Source of the DNA: Selaginella moellendorffii
Lineage: Eukaryota; Plantae; Lycopodiophyta
Reading direction: 5' to 3'
Length of the DNA stretch: 64,000 nt
Assembly: GCF_000143415.4 (NCBI RefSeq)
Contig: NW_003314395.1
Location: forward strand, 251,862-315,861
The notes beneath the pieces are model-generated. The model was not told the DNA's origin. It saw nothing but the letters and a program-made list of their open reading frames with translations, and searched no databases. The position numbers and the translations under genes are program-made. How positions within the stretch are numbered: position 1 is the first letter of the stretch; every line of letters begins with the position of its first letter. This document shows, piece by piece, positions 26,944 through 40,747 of this stretch.

Positions 26944-29900
26944 CTGTCATTAGCTTACACTTGCTAGTATCAAAAACCCCCGCGATATTGAGATTGGTCC
27001 CTCAATATCGCTAAATGATAGCTTACTATGTCGACCAAACACCCTCGCTATCATGCCCTTAGTGTTGGTCTCATTTCGGTCCCAAATGCTATTTATGGAA
27101 AGTGTTCAGATTTGCTCATTTGGCATATCTATAGAATGTAGAGATTGTTCTAAACACAATGGTGTTCGTCCCGTGTCCAAATTCGCAATCTAGGCACATT
27201 CCATATTTAGTAAGTTTCAAGCTTGTTCCAGAGACTAACTCCTGATACTAAGGGAGGCTTGGGGTGAAAGCCCAAAGCATGTGTTCCTCAAGGGGGGAGC
27301 CTATGAGGGGTTCCAAATGTATAGGAGGGATAGTGGGTAGGTCGGGCATGGCCGACCAACCTAATGCATAGTCTAGCTCCTGCTTGCGTGTCTGTCCTTG
27401 TTCTGCGTCCGACTTAAGTCTAAGTCCAAATTCCATTCCATGCTAGCTAGTGGAGTACCCATGTCCTCATGTTAGGCCACCGGTATGCCGAAATAACGCC
27501 AGATTCCGTTTGGCTCCGTTTTGCGTGTTAGTCCTGGCATTGGGATGCTGGTTACTCTAAGACTGTTCCAAGTCGCTCCGGGCTTTTGTCCCTTCGCTCC
27601 TTGGGCTTTATGCTTGGGAGTTGCTCCGTGGTTCGGTTCCATCACTCCTTGGTTACATGCTTGGGAGTTTGGCACCATTCCTTCGTTTAGTGGCCCAAGG
27701 CCTTGAACCTCAGGTTCCACACCACCGTCCTTTGGATATGTGGCATATGACATGTGGCATGTGTCACGTGGCATAAAGAGGGTTTAGGTTCCGCTTCGTA
27801 GTGTTATCCTATGGTAAATCACCATAAGATAAAGGGTCAAAACCACGTGCGCTACATTTGATATCAGAGGATGAGTCTCAGCGAGTACTATTCAATGAGA
27901 TTGGGCAACTAGTCTCGTTGCATACGCAGAGATGAAAACGATGATCCGAGTGGGTACACATTTGGGTGCAAAGGCTTCGCAATTGTTCCTTGGGTATAGA
28001 TTTTATTACCTATTTGTACCGCATTATGTGAGCTTGCTCTTGGGCTCATAAGAAGGATTGAGTTGTATCGTTTGCACGAGTTTGAGCTTGGGCTCGTGAG
28101 TGAAGCACATTAGCAACTTGAGGATACACTTTTAGTTGGCAGGATTAATGTTAGCCTATCGGTGGTTCCATGAGTTGTTCCAATGGTTCCATGAGTTGTT
28201 TTGTGTACCATGGGTGAAAGTAAACCTTCCTTAAGTTTGCTATGAATGGTAAATATGTTGGTCCATAGCTGTTTAGCATGGCACTAGTGGATCCTTCTTA
28301 GGCATGATTACAAGTGGATCAATCAAGACTGTAGGGGTTAGTCTATTGATTCAAATAATCATTGTTGTGCTCTCTCATAAACTTTTCTTGGATTGGACTG
28401 AAGGCAGTGTGAAGTAAGCTTGAGGTTTAGTCAAAGATGAGACTGAAAAGAGAGTTGTCGGGGACGAAGGATCAAACATGTAAATCATTTTCTCTTCTTG
28501 AAGAGATGATTTGCAACAAGGTGTGACTCATTGCTCGTGTTCACATTATGCAATCAAGAGTCCCTACCTTGATGCATGTTGGAGATGATGGTCTTACAAG
28601 TGGTGAGTTATGGGATGGATAACGGTGGAGCGCTATACCATTTTGTCTAGGCTTGATATTGGAAGACTTGGGTTGCAATGCTTAATTCTTTTTTGGGGAA
28701 CTTTGTTATTGCTCCTTGAGTAGTTTGGTGTTGGATTAGTTTTGAATTTGGTCAAAAAGAGAGTGGCATGAGCTTGTCCGTGTTGTGAACAAAAGTTGGT
28801 GGTGTTAGGTGTTGTAAGTCTCTATCAGTAGAGTGTGGCATTTATGTTGTATTTTGTCGAATTAAGTTGGCACTTGATGCTCACATAAACCTTTGAAGTA
28901 ATGACATTGGCATTGCTCATTGTGTTACTCAATTGATGATCAAATCATTGTGATACTTATGTCATATCCATGTGATAATGAGCAATGTGTTTACGAAGTT
29001 GCTTGGTCAAACGATGATCAACCCCAAAGTGGTTGATAGTGAAACTAAGTCTACTTACATGTAGTAGCATTGTAATAGCTTTGACTGGATTCTCAATGGT
29101 GGTCCATTATGTTAAGCTTAAGTTGGTTTCTTGGTTCCTTAAGTTTGCCCATTAAGGTGATGGAAAAAGATTGTAGCATTCATTTGCTATAGCTTGTCGG
29201 TAGATCCGTTAACACTTGGAGTAAATTGTTGGATGGAGAAGATGTGTAGTTGAGACATTGACATCACTAGCATTTGTGTTAGTGGAAGTGGCATTGTTAA
29301 TTCGAGTGATGAGGAATTTTCCTTAAAGCTTGATTTTCCATGTCATTTTTCTTGTTAGTGTTTGGCTTTACATTGGATTTTGAAGATGGTTGAAGAAGAG
29401 TGTTAGTGCAATGAGAATATCCGAAGATATGGTCTTCGTGATTAAGCCTTGGATGTTCACTTTGCATTTTGCAAATGTCGATGTTGGATGTCGGAAGTAT
29501 GGGCAAAAATAAATGTTTGAAGCTTAAGCATACTATGGGTCATAAGAATTTGTGTTGAGGTGAACCTATGTGAAGTTGTTAGGAGGAAGTTGGTTGAGTC
29601 TTGAAAATTTATATTCCTGGACTGAGAGTCATTCTTTCTCTAGGATGGAAAATTTTCCACAAATTTTCTTAGACTTTTCTAATGGCTGATCTGTTGGTCA
29701 TTTTGCTCGAAAACCATTTCGTTTTCATAAGCCACTACAAACTAGTGAAAGGGTTGGAGTTGACTTCGATTGGCTTAGATTTTAGTAGGTAATTTGTATG
29801 ATGCGGCCCGAAAGGGATGTTGACTTTTGGGGCTAAAGCAATTGAGTTGGATAGAGTCTGGAGTTGGTGTAGAAAAGTGACTGTTGTGTTTTTCTAGAAA

Positions 29901-32900
29901 GGTGACCCTTGTGCCTTTCTTTTATAGTGTTATGCTTGGTGGCAGGTTGCACCTTGCATTTCACTAGACTCTATGAGAGTAGTGAGCTCTCACTGATCTT
30001 GACTTGGTCTTGATGGCTTTGCACCTTAGCTGAGGATGGTGATGTCCAACTTAGTTGTTTGCAATTAAGATGTTGGTACCCATACTATAGCTTTGTTTAT
30101 GAGGAGGTTGTATACCGATATGAGTCCATCTTATAGTTTTCACTTTAGTTTCAACTAAGTGTTAATCATGTATAGTTAGATTTCATTGAGTCTTGGATGT
30201 GGTGATTCACTCTTTGAGGAAATGTTATCTGTAACTGAGTTTTGCTGAAGGATTAGTCTCGGGTTAGCTTGGTTGCAAGAGAGTTTTGAGTGGTGATTCA
30301 CTCTTGCTTTCTTCTAAATTTGTTATAGTGTTGATGGCATTGAAGTGATGCCTTGTCATTGATATTATTGATGTTAAGATTCAAGTGAGATGAGATGTCT
30401 ATCCTTAGGATTGATATTGAGTTTTATTACCCTCAATAGACATAGCGTTGATGATTTGGTTATAGCTTTGTGTTATTAGCATTCGTGCATTTATTAGTTA
30501 GCAACTATGTTGATGTTCAAATGAACTGAGTGGCAAATTGAGTTAGTTGTGTTCTAGACAAGATTGTTTAGTAGAGGTTGAGCTTTGGATTTTCCTTGAA
30601 AAAGTGATTTAGTCGTGGATTATGCTAACTCTACAAATGGAAGAGTTAGTGATCGATATTGGAAAGTTTGAATCTTTATTGGGTTTGAGTTGGAATATAT
30701 CAATCATTGATGATTCTTCTGTGCTTGTTATGAAGTGAGTTATGTTTTGCTATAAATGGATTTATAGAGGATCATTTGGTGATCACTTGTCGAGCATAGC
30801 TTTGTTGTGCTTGGCTTTTAGATTGATGCAGATATGCTCTTCATTAGTTTTGCATTATGAAGTTTAGCTTATGGATGTGTTGAGGAGGATATTGTGGGTT
30901 GTATCATGATTTCTTCTTTAGCATTGACGTTAGTTCATGCGAGACTCGTGATCATTATTTGGCAAGACTTGGCTATAAGCTTCTTCGAGCTTTTGGTTCC
31001 TTGAGCTTTCATGCTTGTGGATCATTGGTTAGAAGTTGTTGGGGAAGGCATTTTAATTCATTAGCTTCATTATTGAAGTTAGCATTTGCATCTGGCAATC
31101 ATTGGTAATGATTGACTGTCATCTAAGATAGTTGATTATCCTTGTCAAAGGTGTTGCTTAGTTATTGTTGATATAGAATGATTTGCCATTCTACAGGATG
31201 GTGGATTTCTTCTTTGACAATGATTATGCATCTCTTTATTGATGGGATGATTGATGATCTTTCATGATGGTTAGTTGTTTTCTTTGATAGTTTATGGTTT
31301 TTCGCAATACCACATGTTATTTGTGGTTTGCTCTAGATTGTCTCTTAGGTTTGAGACATCAGTAGGATGTTGCTGACACTTGCTTAGGCAACTTGAGTTC
31401 CATGTTGTTGTTGGCTAGGATCTATTCGGATTGGCTCATGTGATAGTTGGCATGAACAAGTATTTGTTAGCCATGCAACATTCATTCTACTCTGTTGATT
31501 ATTGCTTAAGTTCGCTTTGATAGATTCAGATGTTATTTCCTTTGGATAATACATTCGTGAGCATTTTTTCTTGCTAGTTAATAATACTTTGTGTTCTTTG
31601 AGTTTTCTTCTGCAGGTTGTTTGGCATACTATCTACAATATTTAGTAATTAAGTTTTATCATTGATTTCCTTGATGATACATTGGCTATTAAATTTTGTT
31701 GGATGGTGATTTCTATATTTACCAATTATGATGATCTTGGTGGTTCCTATACTATAATACTAATTTATCGGATGATAACTTACTTGGAATACTCTTGTGT
31801 TCTAATATAAGATTTATTCACTGATAATTAAGATTCTAAGATATCATTGTTTATGACTTTGATATTATCCATCTATTAATCTTTGAATTTTGGGCCAGTA
31901 TAGGCAGACTGGCTTCAGCACTTCGTGTGCATGTTGAAATCTTTAGTCATGGGGTAGCTATTGTCGACTGGTCACATAACCCGCCTCTCTGTTGATGTTC
32001 CTTCTTCCATTAAAAGGGCGTGACCGTGTAAACAATTCTAACTGCCTGTTTACAGTAGTCTATCTAAACCTTACTGACGGGTTTGGTTTCTTTGCTCATG
32101 ACAGTTGGGGCCTTTGGCTTCTCTCTCTATATCCCTGCGGACAGGGGCGTATCACACTTTTATAAGCTGGGTGACAACCAAAGCAGCAAGGGTGGCTAAC
32201 TCAGTTGGTCATTTCTTTGTTGGCGACGGCCGGAAGGTGTCTGAGTTGGTAGCACATCCACGTTAGACAAAGAGGTTACCCCTAACTCATTTAAGTTGGT
32301 GCATTTCTCACATAGTGTGATCACTGTGAACTTTTTCTGGAGTTGTTTCCTTGGCAGTGGTCTAGACTCGAGTATGCATCGACGAAGACGTCGATCTTCC
32401 CTAGGGGGGGAGAGTGTCGCGAATGTGACTTCAGGTATCGAAAGTTATCTGTCGGCTAGTCCTTTCAGATATTCTTTCCTTACTGCCACGATGGCAGGAG
32501 GTCAGTATTGCTGGACCCGTTATCAGTTTCCCACTTGAGCTAGTTGAGAAACTGGTCAATGACCATGTACTTATATCGGATAAACATAAGGTAGGAACCC
32601 TATGTGTTTCTTGCTGAGCATACTCGGCCTGGTTTGAGAAACTCCTATTATTGGCTTGCACTTGCTAGTAGCAAGAACCCCTGCGATATTGAGATTGGTC
32701 CCTCAATATCACTAAATGATAGCTTACTGTATTTACCAAACACCCTCGCTATCATACCCTTAGTGTTGGTCTCATTTCGGTCCCAAATGCTATTTATGGA
32801 AAGTGTCCAGATTTGCTCATTTGGCATATCTACAAAATGTAGAGATTGTCCTAAACACAATGGTGTTCGTCCCGTATCCAAATTCGCAATCTAGGCACAT

Positions 32901-32992
32901 TCCATATTTAGTAAGTTTCAAACCTGTTCCAGAGACTAACTCCTGATACTAAGGGAGGCTTGGGGTGAAAGCCAAAAGCGTGTGTTCCTCAA

Positions 32993-33014
32993 GGGGGGGG
33001 GGGGGGGGGGGGGG
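32993..33014 (+). repeat. G22 homopolymer in the 3' LTR of D
   Basis: 22 consecutive G; other LTR copies have only about 6-7 G here. Confidence 0.9.
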
Positions 33015-36000
33015 TTCCTGTAGGGGGTTCCAAATATATAGTAGGGATAGTGGGTAGGTCAGGCATGGCCGACCAACCTGAGGCATAGTTTAGTTCCCAC
33101 TTGCGTGCTTGTCTTTGTTCTGCGTCCGGCTTGAGTCTAAGTCCAAGTTCCATTCCATGCTAGCTGGTGGAGTACCCATGTCCTCATGTTAGGCCACCGG
33201 TATGCCGAAATAGCGCCAGACTCCGTTTGGCTCCGTTTTGCATGCTGGTCCTAGCATTGGGATGTTGGTTACTCGAAGACTGTTCCAAGTCGCTCCGGGC
33301 TCTTGTCCCTTCGCTCCTTGGGCTTTATGCTCGGGAGTTGCTCTGTGGTTCGGTTCCATCACTCCTTAGCTCCATGCTTGGGAGTTTGGCACCATTCCTT
33401 CGTTCAGTGGCCCAAGGCCCTGAACCTCAGGTTCCACACCACTATCCTTTGGACACGTGGCATATGACATGTGGCATGTGTCACGTGGCATAAAGAGGGT
33501 TTAGGTTCCGCTTTGTAGTGTTATCCTATGGTAAATCACCATAGGATAAAGGGTCAAAACCACGTGCGCTACACTAAGTTAGCCTCCCCGGCCAAGAGCC
33601 CATGACAACGAAATATAGGTGTCTCTAAACCCCTCACCCCACCACGCCCTAGTATGGGGTTAGGACTTTAACCCAGCCTTGCTTTAGTAGGGGGTTGGGA
33701 CTCGAACCCAACCTCTGTAGAATATATCTACGGATTCAACATCCCCATAGGGAGTTGGGCATAGTTCTCTACACCTAGTCGACCTAACTAACCCATGCTA
33801 ATTATCTTACTTTCGGCGCGCCTTCGGGTCCCAACATATACCATTGTTCAACTTCACAAATTGATACTTTAATTGAACTTTGCATAAGTACATAGAATTC
33901 TGCCTTGCAGAAATTCCTTCACCAGATCTCGCGCGTTTGCTAGGTTCTCCTCCGATTCCTATGTTGCTTTGCAATGTGGAAATCCTTTCCACTTCACATG
34001 GAACTCTCACACCTCACGTCCTTGTCACTTACTCTTACGCGTATTGAGGATGGCCTCGACTTCATATTCTTCTTCCCCTTGGATAACCTTACGTAAGGTC
34101 TTACTTGGTCCTTGCGAAGCGGATCCACAAAGTACGGCTTGAGTAAGTTCACATGGAACACTGAGTGCATCTTCCCCATCTCTCGAGGAAGTCGGAGACA
34201 GTAAGCCACTTTACCGATTCGTGCCTAAATCTCAAAAGACCCCATGAAACTACTTAAGGAACTCAAGATCAATTCATTTATAGGAATACATGCATTTTTA
34301 CCTTTGGGTCAACTTTCGGCTGATCCCACTTGGTAACCTGAGGTTCTTGGTGTTCAACCACACTTTCTCCCCAGCTTGGAACTCTACATCCCAACGCTTC
34401 TAGTTCGTGTACTTGGTTTGCCTTTGTTGAGCCCGTTCCAAGGAATCCCTCACTAGATTCCAAATGTTGAGTCTTTCCGCCGTGAATGCCTCCACTACGG
34501 GTAACTCTCCATGATACTCGGCCACACCAAGTTTCACAAGACCTTCAATAGCTCACCCATTGATGACCTCCTATGGACTCACCCCGATACTCGAATGTGG
34601 TGAGTTGTTATAACACATTTCCGCAAGTCCCAAATGACTTACCCAATCGGTCTGGTCTCCCGAGACATAGCATCACAAATAATCCTCTAGCTGCCTATTC
34701 ACCCTTTCCGTTTGTCCGTATGTCAAGAAGTGTTAGTGCCATCAAACTTGACTTAATACCCAATACTTGTCTGTGGGTGATAGGCTCTACTGAATTTCAA
34801 CTTGGTGCGATATTGTTCTAGGAGAGTTCTCCAGAACCTACTGATGAAGATCTTATCTCGATCTGAGATAATCTCTTCTGGCCTTCCCCGCACTTGAACC
34901 ACTTGTTCAAAGAACAGCTTCGCCACACCTTCCGCATCCACTTCTGTTGTGGTGGGTATGAAATGAGCCATCTTTGAAAATGGGTCCACCACCACGAATA
35001 TCGCATCAAACCCCTCACTTGGGGGGAGTCCCGTAATGAAATCCATCATAACACATTTCTACAGACAATTTGGAATTGGGATGCTTTGTAACAAGCCCCC
35101 ACTAGCCTTAGTCACGGCTTTGACCTGTTAACATGTTGGACATGTCTTTACATAGTCTTGGATGTCCTTAGCCATATCTGGCCAGTGGTACTTCCTTTTG
35201 AGTAAGCCCATTGTCTTGGGCACTCCGCCGTGTCCCACAAGAGATCCGTCATGACACTCTTCTAAGGCTACCTTCCTTAGTTCCCCTTCTGGAATATACA
35301 CCCTTGTTTGCTTGTAATAGATGATTCCGTTGCATTCCTCATAGCCCGTTTTCTCTTCCATTGGCAGCTCACCTCTTTAGTGGGCTTCCCGTGCCTCTAG
35401 ATTCCGTAGCAACACTTCTTGTGCTAGACCATTATTCTCATATGCTATCCACACATCACCCCAAAAGGTTGTTGTTGCACTGGATGTTGCTAATTTCAAG
35501 CTCGCTTTTCAACTTAGCGCATCCACCACGATGTTGCTCTTCCCAGGCTTGTACAGAATCTCGCAATCAAACTCAGCCAATGCATTGGCCCACTGACTCT
35601 GTTTCCCTCTCAAAGTCGGGCTGTGACAAGAAGCGTTTCGTTGCCACATTGTCCGTGTAAACCTTGAAGTGTCTCTTAAGGTAATGTTGCCACTCCTTGA
35701 GCGCCTTGACCACCGCAAACAATTCCTTCTCGTTGGCAGGCCACTTCCGTTGAGCCTTGTCCAACTTCTTCGAGAAGAATGCTACTAGATGGTTGTCTTG
35801 CTTCAAAACTACACCCAACGCAAAATCTAAAGCATCTATTTCTATCTTAAAGTCCTTACCAAAATCTGGTAACGCCAACACGGGAGCCTTCCTCAACGTC
35901 CCTTTGAGGTGGACAAATTCCACCTCACATTCTGCTATTTATACCATCTTCCCTTTTCCTATTTGGTCCAGGCTACTCTTGAATAGTGTTTGATAAACTT

Positions 36001-37254
36001 CCAATAGTAGTTGCATAGCCCCAAGAATGCCCTTAACTCGTGTACATTCAATGGTCGCTCCCAATCCAATATCATTTGGACCTTCTCAGGGTCCACCTTG
36101 AGCCCGTCCTTGCCCACCACATGCCCGAGAAACTTTACCTTTTGTTGAGCAAAGTCACATTTGCTCTCTTTAGCATATAACTGGTGTTCCCTTAGTTTCT
36201 CAAACACCTTCGTCAAGTGTTCGGCATGCTCCTCTAACGTTTCGCTATAAATCAGGATGTCGTCAATATAGATGACCACAAAGTGATCCAGATAGGGTAC
36301 AAAGATGTGGTTCATCAACACCGAAAACGTTGCCGGCGCATTGCATAACCCGAAGGGCATCACCAAAAACTCAAAGCTTCCATACCTTGTTCGACAAGTT
36401 GTCTTCTCAACATCTTCCTCTGCTACCATGATCTGGTAGTATCCTGACCTTAGGTTAATCCTCGAGAAATATTTTGCCTTTCCCAACCTACCAAACAGGT
36501 CCTCAATCCTTGGCAAAGGGTACTTGTTCTTCTTTGTATACTTGTTGAGAAACCGATAGTCTATGCACATATGCATAGATCCATCTTTCTTTTTCACAAA
36601 TAACACCAGCGCCCTATACGGCGACTTGCCCAACCTAACATACCCTTTGTTCACCAACTCTAGTTGGCGTTTGAGCTCCTTGAGTTCTTTTTCGTTCAAA
36701 CGATAGGGGGGACGAACCATCACTTCAACAACCTCGACTAGCTCAATCTTATGTTCTATCGATCGTGCAGGGGGTAACCCCTCCAGTAGCTCCTTTAGCA
36801 TGGTATCTTGGAATTGATCCAACACCCGCTGGATCACTAAAGGTACTTTTTTCGTTCCCGTCTTTTTGTCACTTTTCACCGAGAATAAGCACAAAAATGC
36901 TGCCTTGGTTCCTTTAGTGAGTTGTCCTCTCGTGGACACCAGGTTTAGGCAGGAATCTTTAGCCTTGCATTGCCTAACTTTAAATCTTGGGCCTTCACCT
37001 TGGATCTTCCTCCTTAGGCATTTGTTAGTACCACAAGGTTCCTAGCTTGTCCATGCAGGGCTACCATGAACCGATTGAACTAATCCATTCTGAAGATCAC
37101 GTCAAATCCCACTATGTCCAACATGGTGAAATCCATGTCTACTTTTCATGTCCCTACTTCAACTCTCGCTTGTCGAAGTACTTCATCGATGCTTTGGCTA
37201 CCTTGAATAAACTCTATAGTCCTTGGTTCACCCAACCGCTACACCGTTAGTCTG

Positions 37255-37928
37255 TGTAGCACATGTGATTATGGGATGAGATTTGGATATACTATCACCG
37301 TGGATCCTTGGAACCTTGGGGGATAAATGGGGATAAAATAGCCACTAAGGGCTCTCTCATCAAGCAATTGCCCCTTTTTCATTTGGCTTAAGGGGAGAGA
37401 GATAGGGTGCGCTACATGTGGTATAAGAGCAAATGGCAAGAGTTCGATTCCCATTAATTAATGGCTACTTAAAAAATATAATATACCCTTGAGCAAGGTA
37501 TATTTCTATCCCTAAATTTGAAATCGTACGTATTGGGCATCCATGCGTACATCCTTCTTCTTGTGTGGAGTATCCATGGATGAAAATATCCATCATGGGA
37601 CTGTGGTACGGGTGGATGATTAGTTACTTCACATGGAATAGCTAATCTACACAATGGAAGGATTGATAGATTCGGTGCGGAAATGGAGGTGCTGGTTCCT
37701 TTAGCTCAATAGGGGTTGTTAGTCAATAGTCAATGAAGATATTGACATCTCTAAAGGGGGGGTGAGTATAGTGCATGTGATCATGGGATGAAATTTGAAT
37801 ATACTGTCACCGTGGATACTTGGAACCTTGGGGGATAAATGGGGATAAAATAGCCACTAAGGGCTCTCTCATCAAGCAATTGCCCTTTTTTTAGTTGGAT
37901 TAAGGGGAGAGAGATAGGGTGTGCTACA
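37255..37928 (+). mobile_element. TRIM (674 bp): 162-bp LTRs at 37255-37416 and 37767-37928, TSD GTCTG/GTCCG
   Basis: LTR TGTAGCAC...GTGCGCTACA, PBS TGGTATAAGAGC at 37419-37430, PPT AAAGGGGGGGTGAG. Inserted in the protease region of C. Confidence 0.92.
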
Positions 37929-40278
37929 GTCCGGTTTGCCAGACTATGTCTGTAGCCACAAAATTATCCAAAGCACCCGTGTCAATAAGGATCTTAACAA
38001 AATTACCTCCGAGCTTCTCTCGAAAGGCTAGTAAATGTCGCGAACAACTCTCTACCAATATTGCTCGTGTAATGAGTAACTTTGAGCTAGGAACTAGATC
38101 ACATACCTCAGTTTAGATTTCACCCGACTTAATGGCCATATTGGCTCTGACCTTCTTCAAGTAGGGGCATTCCCTCGAAAAGTATCCCGCTTCACCGTAG
38201 TTGTAACATACGTTGTTCCCACACTGCTAACCGACTTAACTTTCTTATCCGTGGGTTTGTCTCTTTTTGCTTGACTCCCCCACATACTCGCTCGCTAGCT
38301 GTCGGATTTGCCTTTCCGGAACCTTAAGGACTCATTATTAGAGAAATTCTTCTTGAATTTCCCTTTGCTATATGTTCCCCTTGGTTTGGCCCCTTTGCTA
38401 AACATGGACCCCGACCCCATCGTGTTCCCCTTTCGCAGGTTATTGTTGAAATGCACCTTGATGGCCACATCCAATGCTTCCTTGTAGTTGGTCAGGTTCT
38501 AACGCCTCACCTCACCGCAAGCCCAGGTTTGCAAGCCTGATATGAAGGCATGGAACACATCCATATCACCCATGTCCGTAACAAGTATCCTTTTTGCTAT
38601 AAATCCATTCACATACTCATGAATGGTTTCGGCCTGCTTCAGCCTACTCAGCTCATCTCTTAGATACAGAGTAACATTCAGAGGAACGTAAGTCGCGCAG
38701 ATCCTCACCTTCATCATTTCCCAAGTGGCCACCAGTCCTTCGTTAGCCTCTGTCGTTCTCCACCAAGACTTGGCATTATCTGCCAAGTATAGTTTTGCAC
38801 ATGGGACTTTCTTCGAGCTTGGTAACCACAACGCTCGGAAGTAGTCCTCCATATCGTAAAACCAATCCTCCACCACCTTATAGTCGTTCACTCCCTTAAA
38901 GACTGGTGGGGGCTTTGGTTTGTACTTGGGAACTGCCTAAGGAATTGATTCCATTTCGGTCTGTTCAACCTTGTTTGGTTTTGCCTCAATCCCTACCGAA
39001 GGGTCCGCACCTTCTATCCTGCCAACATCTGCAATCTTTTGCTTTTTCTTCTGCTTCTCGTCATGTTTTAGCTTGCGTACGAGAGTCTCCAACAAGGCAT
39101 TGGTCTATGTCAATTGTCCTTCTAGAACATCCAATTGAGCCTTGGAAGACCGAACTTCGCCACCAGACTCCTGTTTGGAAGTTTCCTCACTAGAGTCCTC
39201 CTCATCCATAGCCTCTTGTTCCATCAGAGGCTCCAGCTCTGCCGGAGGTTCTGTCTCCGCCTTTATTCATTTACATCCTGCCTTTGCCATCTCCCAGCAA
39301 TCTGCCTCTATCCTTCTCTAGAATTGAGGAAAACGCTCCGATACCAAATTGTAAGCCACAATTTTTTCCTTTCCAATTTATCAGCTTACCTTGTCTTTCC
39401 AACCAACACTGTCTTGGCTTTTGCTAAGTTCTCTCACCAAAGTTCCCACCTATTGTACCTGATCCTACTTGGTTTCAACTACTCACTGCACGAGCAACGG
39501 AGTGTTAGCCATCCATCCACAGATTCCCAAATCTCTCCCAATCCCCTTCCCCGAGTTAGACTGGACTTAAGGTTCAGCTACACTCCCCACAAGCACAAGT
39601 AGCCAAGCACACCAAGCCTCCAGGTTCTTAACATCCCTTGATACAACAAGACTTGATCATAGGACCCTCTAAATCCCAAGCCTTGGGTGCAACACTTGCT
39701 TCGGGACACTGGGGCGAAACACCATAGCCTAACAACCCGGTATGGGTACCTCTACCCCCCCACTTCTATCCCGAAAGGAAGGCCCAAGCCCCTAGGAAGG
39801 GTGAGGGCTAATGAGCCACAAGGTATTCAAGTGGGGCACCACTCCACATGAGCTAGGAGCACTGTAGCCAGTTTCTCTTTCGGGAGTGGGAGCTGCTCTT
39901 GAGCACTTCCTTGGGTGGCCCCTCTGGCACCACCTGAGTCCATGCTCGCTCCCACCCAAGGCCTTTCGGCCCCAGTCTCAACCTCAAGTCAGTTTGGAAG
40001 CACCACTAGAGACTTCGTGACTGATTCCTAGACCTCACTATCCCCACTATACTTTTGGAACCCCTGGGAGACGCACGCTTTGGGCTTTCACCCCTTGACC
40101 TGTATTAGTACTCGGACTCGGTCTCGGATTTGATCTCGGACTCTATCTCAAACTTGGTCTTAAAGTCAGTCTTGAACTCGATCTCAGACCCGGTCCCATC
40201 TGATGAACTTTTTGTCATTTTGGTCATTCTTTCGAGGAACCTTTAGCCTATGACACCTCAAGGAGTTAGTTCCTTACA

Positions 40279-40427
40279 GCCGTATACTAATATTAGCATA
40301 GTGGGATTTTGGTAGCCGTCAGATTGATTTCAATCCGGACCACTTGCTCCTGTATATAAACTAAGGTTTTTGGGTTAATTGATATGCACATTTTTTATAT
40401 TCCCTTTCCATATTCTAAACACTCACA
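40279..40427 (+). repeat. Partial family-B LTR into which family C inserted
   Basis: Matches 6519-6668 (GCCGTATACTAATATTAGC...ACTCACA). The first ~27 bp are missing at the C LTR boundary. Confidence 0.85.
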
Positions 40428-40496
40428 AAAGCAAATTAATTACATTTAATTAGAAAACTTTAAATAATTGCTTACACTATCAAGATTGAAAGAATA

Positions 40497-40644
40497 CTTA
40501 TTACCATGAAGTTGTTAATTTTTTTCTGTACAATAAACATCAAACTCATGAGTGTTACAAAGAGCCATCCTTATTACCATGAAGTCATTAATTTTTCTCT
40601 GTACAATACACATCAAACTCGTGATTGTTACAAAGAGCCATCCC
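40497..40644. repeat. Tandem duplication of about 73 bp
   Basis: CTTATTACCATGAAGT...GTTACAAAGAGCCATCC occurs twice with a few substitutions. Confidence 0.85.
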
Positions 40645-40747
40645 AAAATCACGCTTGCGGATCAGGAGAAACGAAAAATGAAGAAAAAAAAGAAACTAGA
40701 AATCCCTTTTGGTGTGGTGTCAGTGTTGGTCTGTTGTCTGTCGTGGA

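Larger units (their letters stand above)
26396..33573 (+). mobile_element. Non-autonomous LARD-like LTR element (family D): LTRs 26396-27856 and 32415-33573, TSD CTAAG
   Basis: LTRs TGTCGCG...GCGCTACA, Met-like PBS TGATATCAGAG, PPT AGGGGGGGAGAG at 32403-32414, CTAAG on both sides. The 4.5-kb interior has no recognisable ORF. Confidence 0.9.
17486..36066 (+). repeat. Segmental duplication copy 1 (direct repeat of 42016-60282)
   Basis: Colinear homology from CCACTCTTCTCTGCG to GGTCGCTCCCAATC. The copies share the B/C deletion junction and the D insertion with TSD CTAAG. Confidence 0.95.
25088..40278 (-). mobile_element. Ty3/gypsy chromovirus family C, full length but degenerate (5' LTR 39350-40278, 3' LTR 25088-26201), interrupted by D and a TRIM
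   Basis: LTR TGTAAGG...GCTTACA, iMet PBS TGGTATCGGAGC at 39335-39346, gag, RT (YIDDILIYS), RNase H, integrase (MDFITGLP...VVVDPFSKMAHF), chromodomain EEEYEVEAIL...FHVKWKGF (~34075-33910), PPT GGGTGGTGGAG near 26203-26213. Confidence 0.93.

Noticed and set aside
33693-33713. tRNA gene
   Set aside because: Only T-arm-like hairpins; no acceptor, D or anticodon arms found.
19585-40432. TSD proving that 19590-40427 is a single family-B element
   Set aside because: The flanks AGAGA and AAAGC match at only 3 of 5 positions, which is inconclusive.
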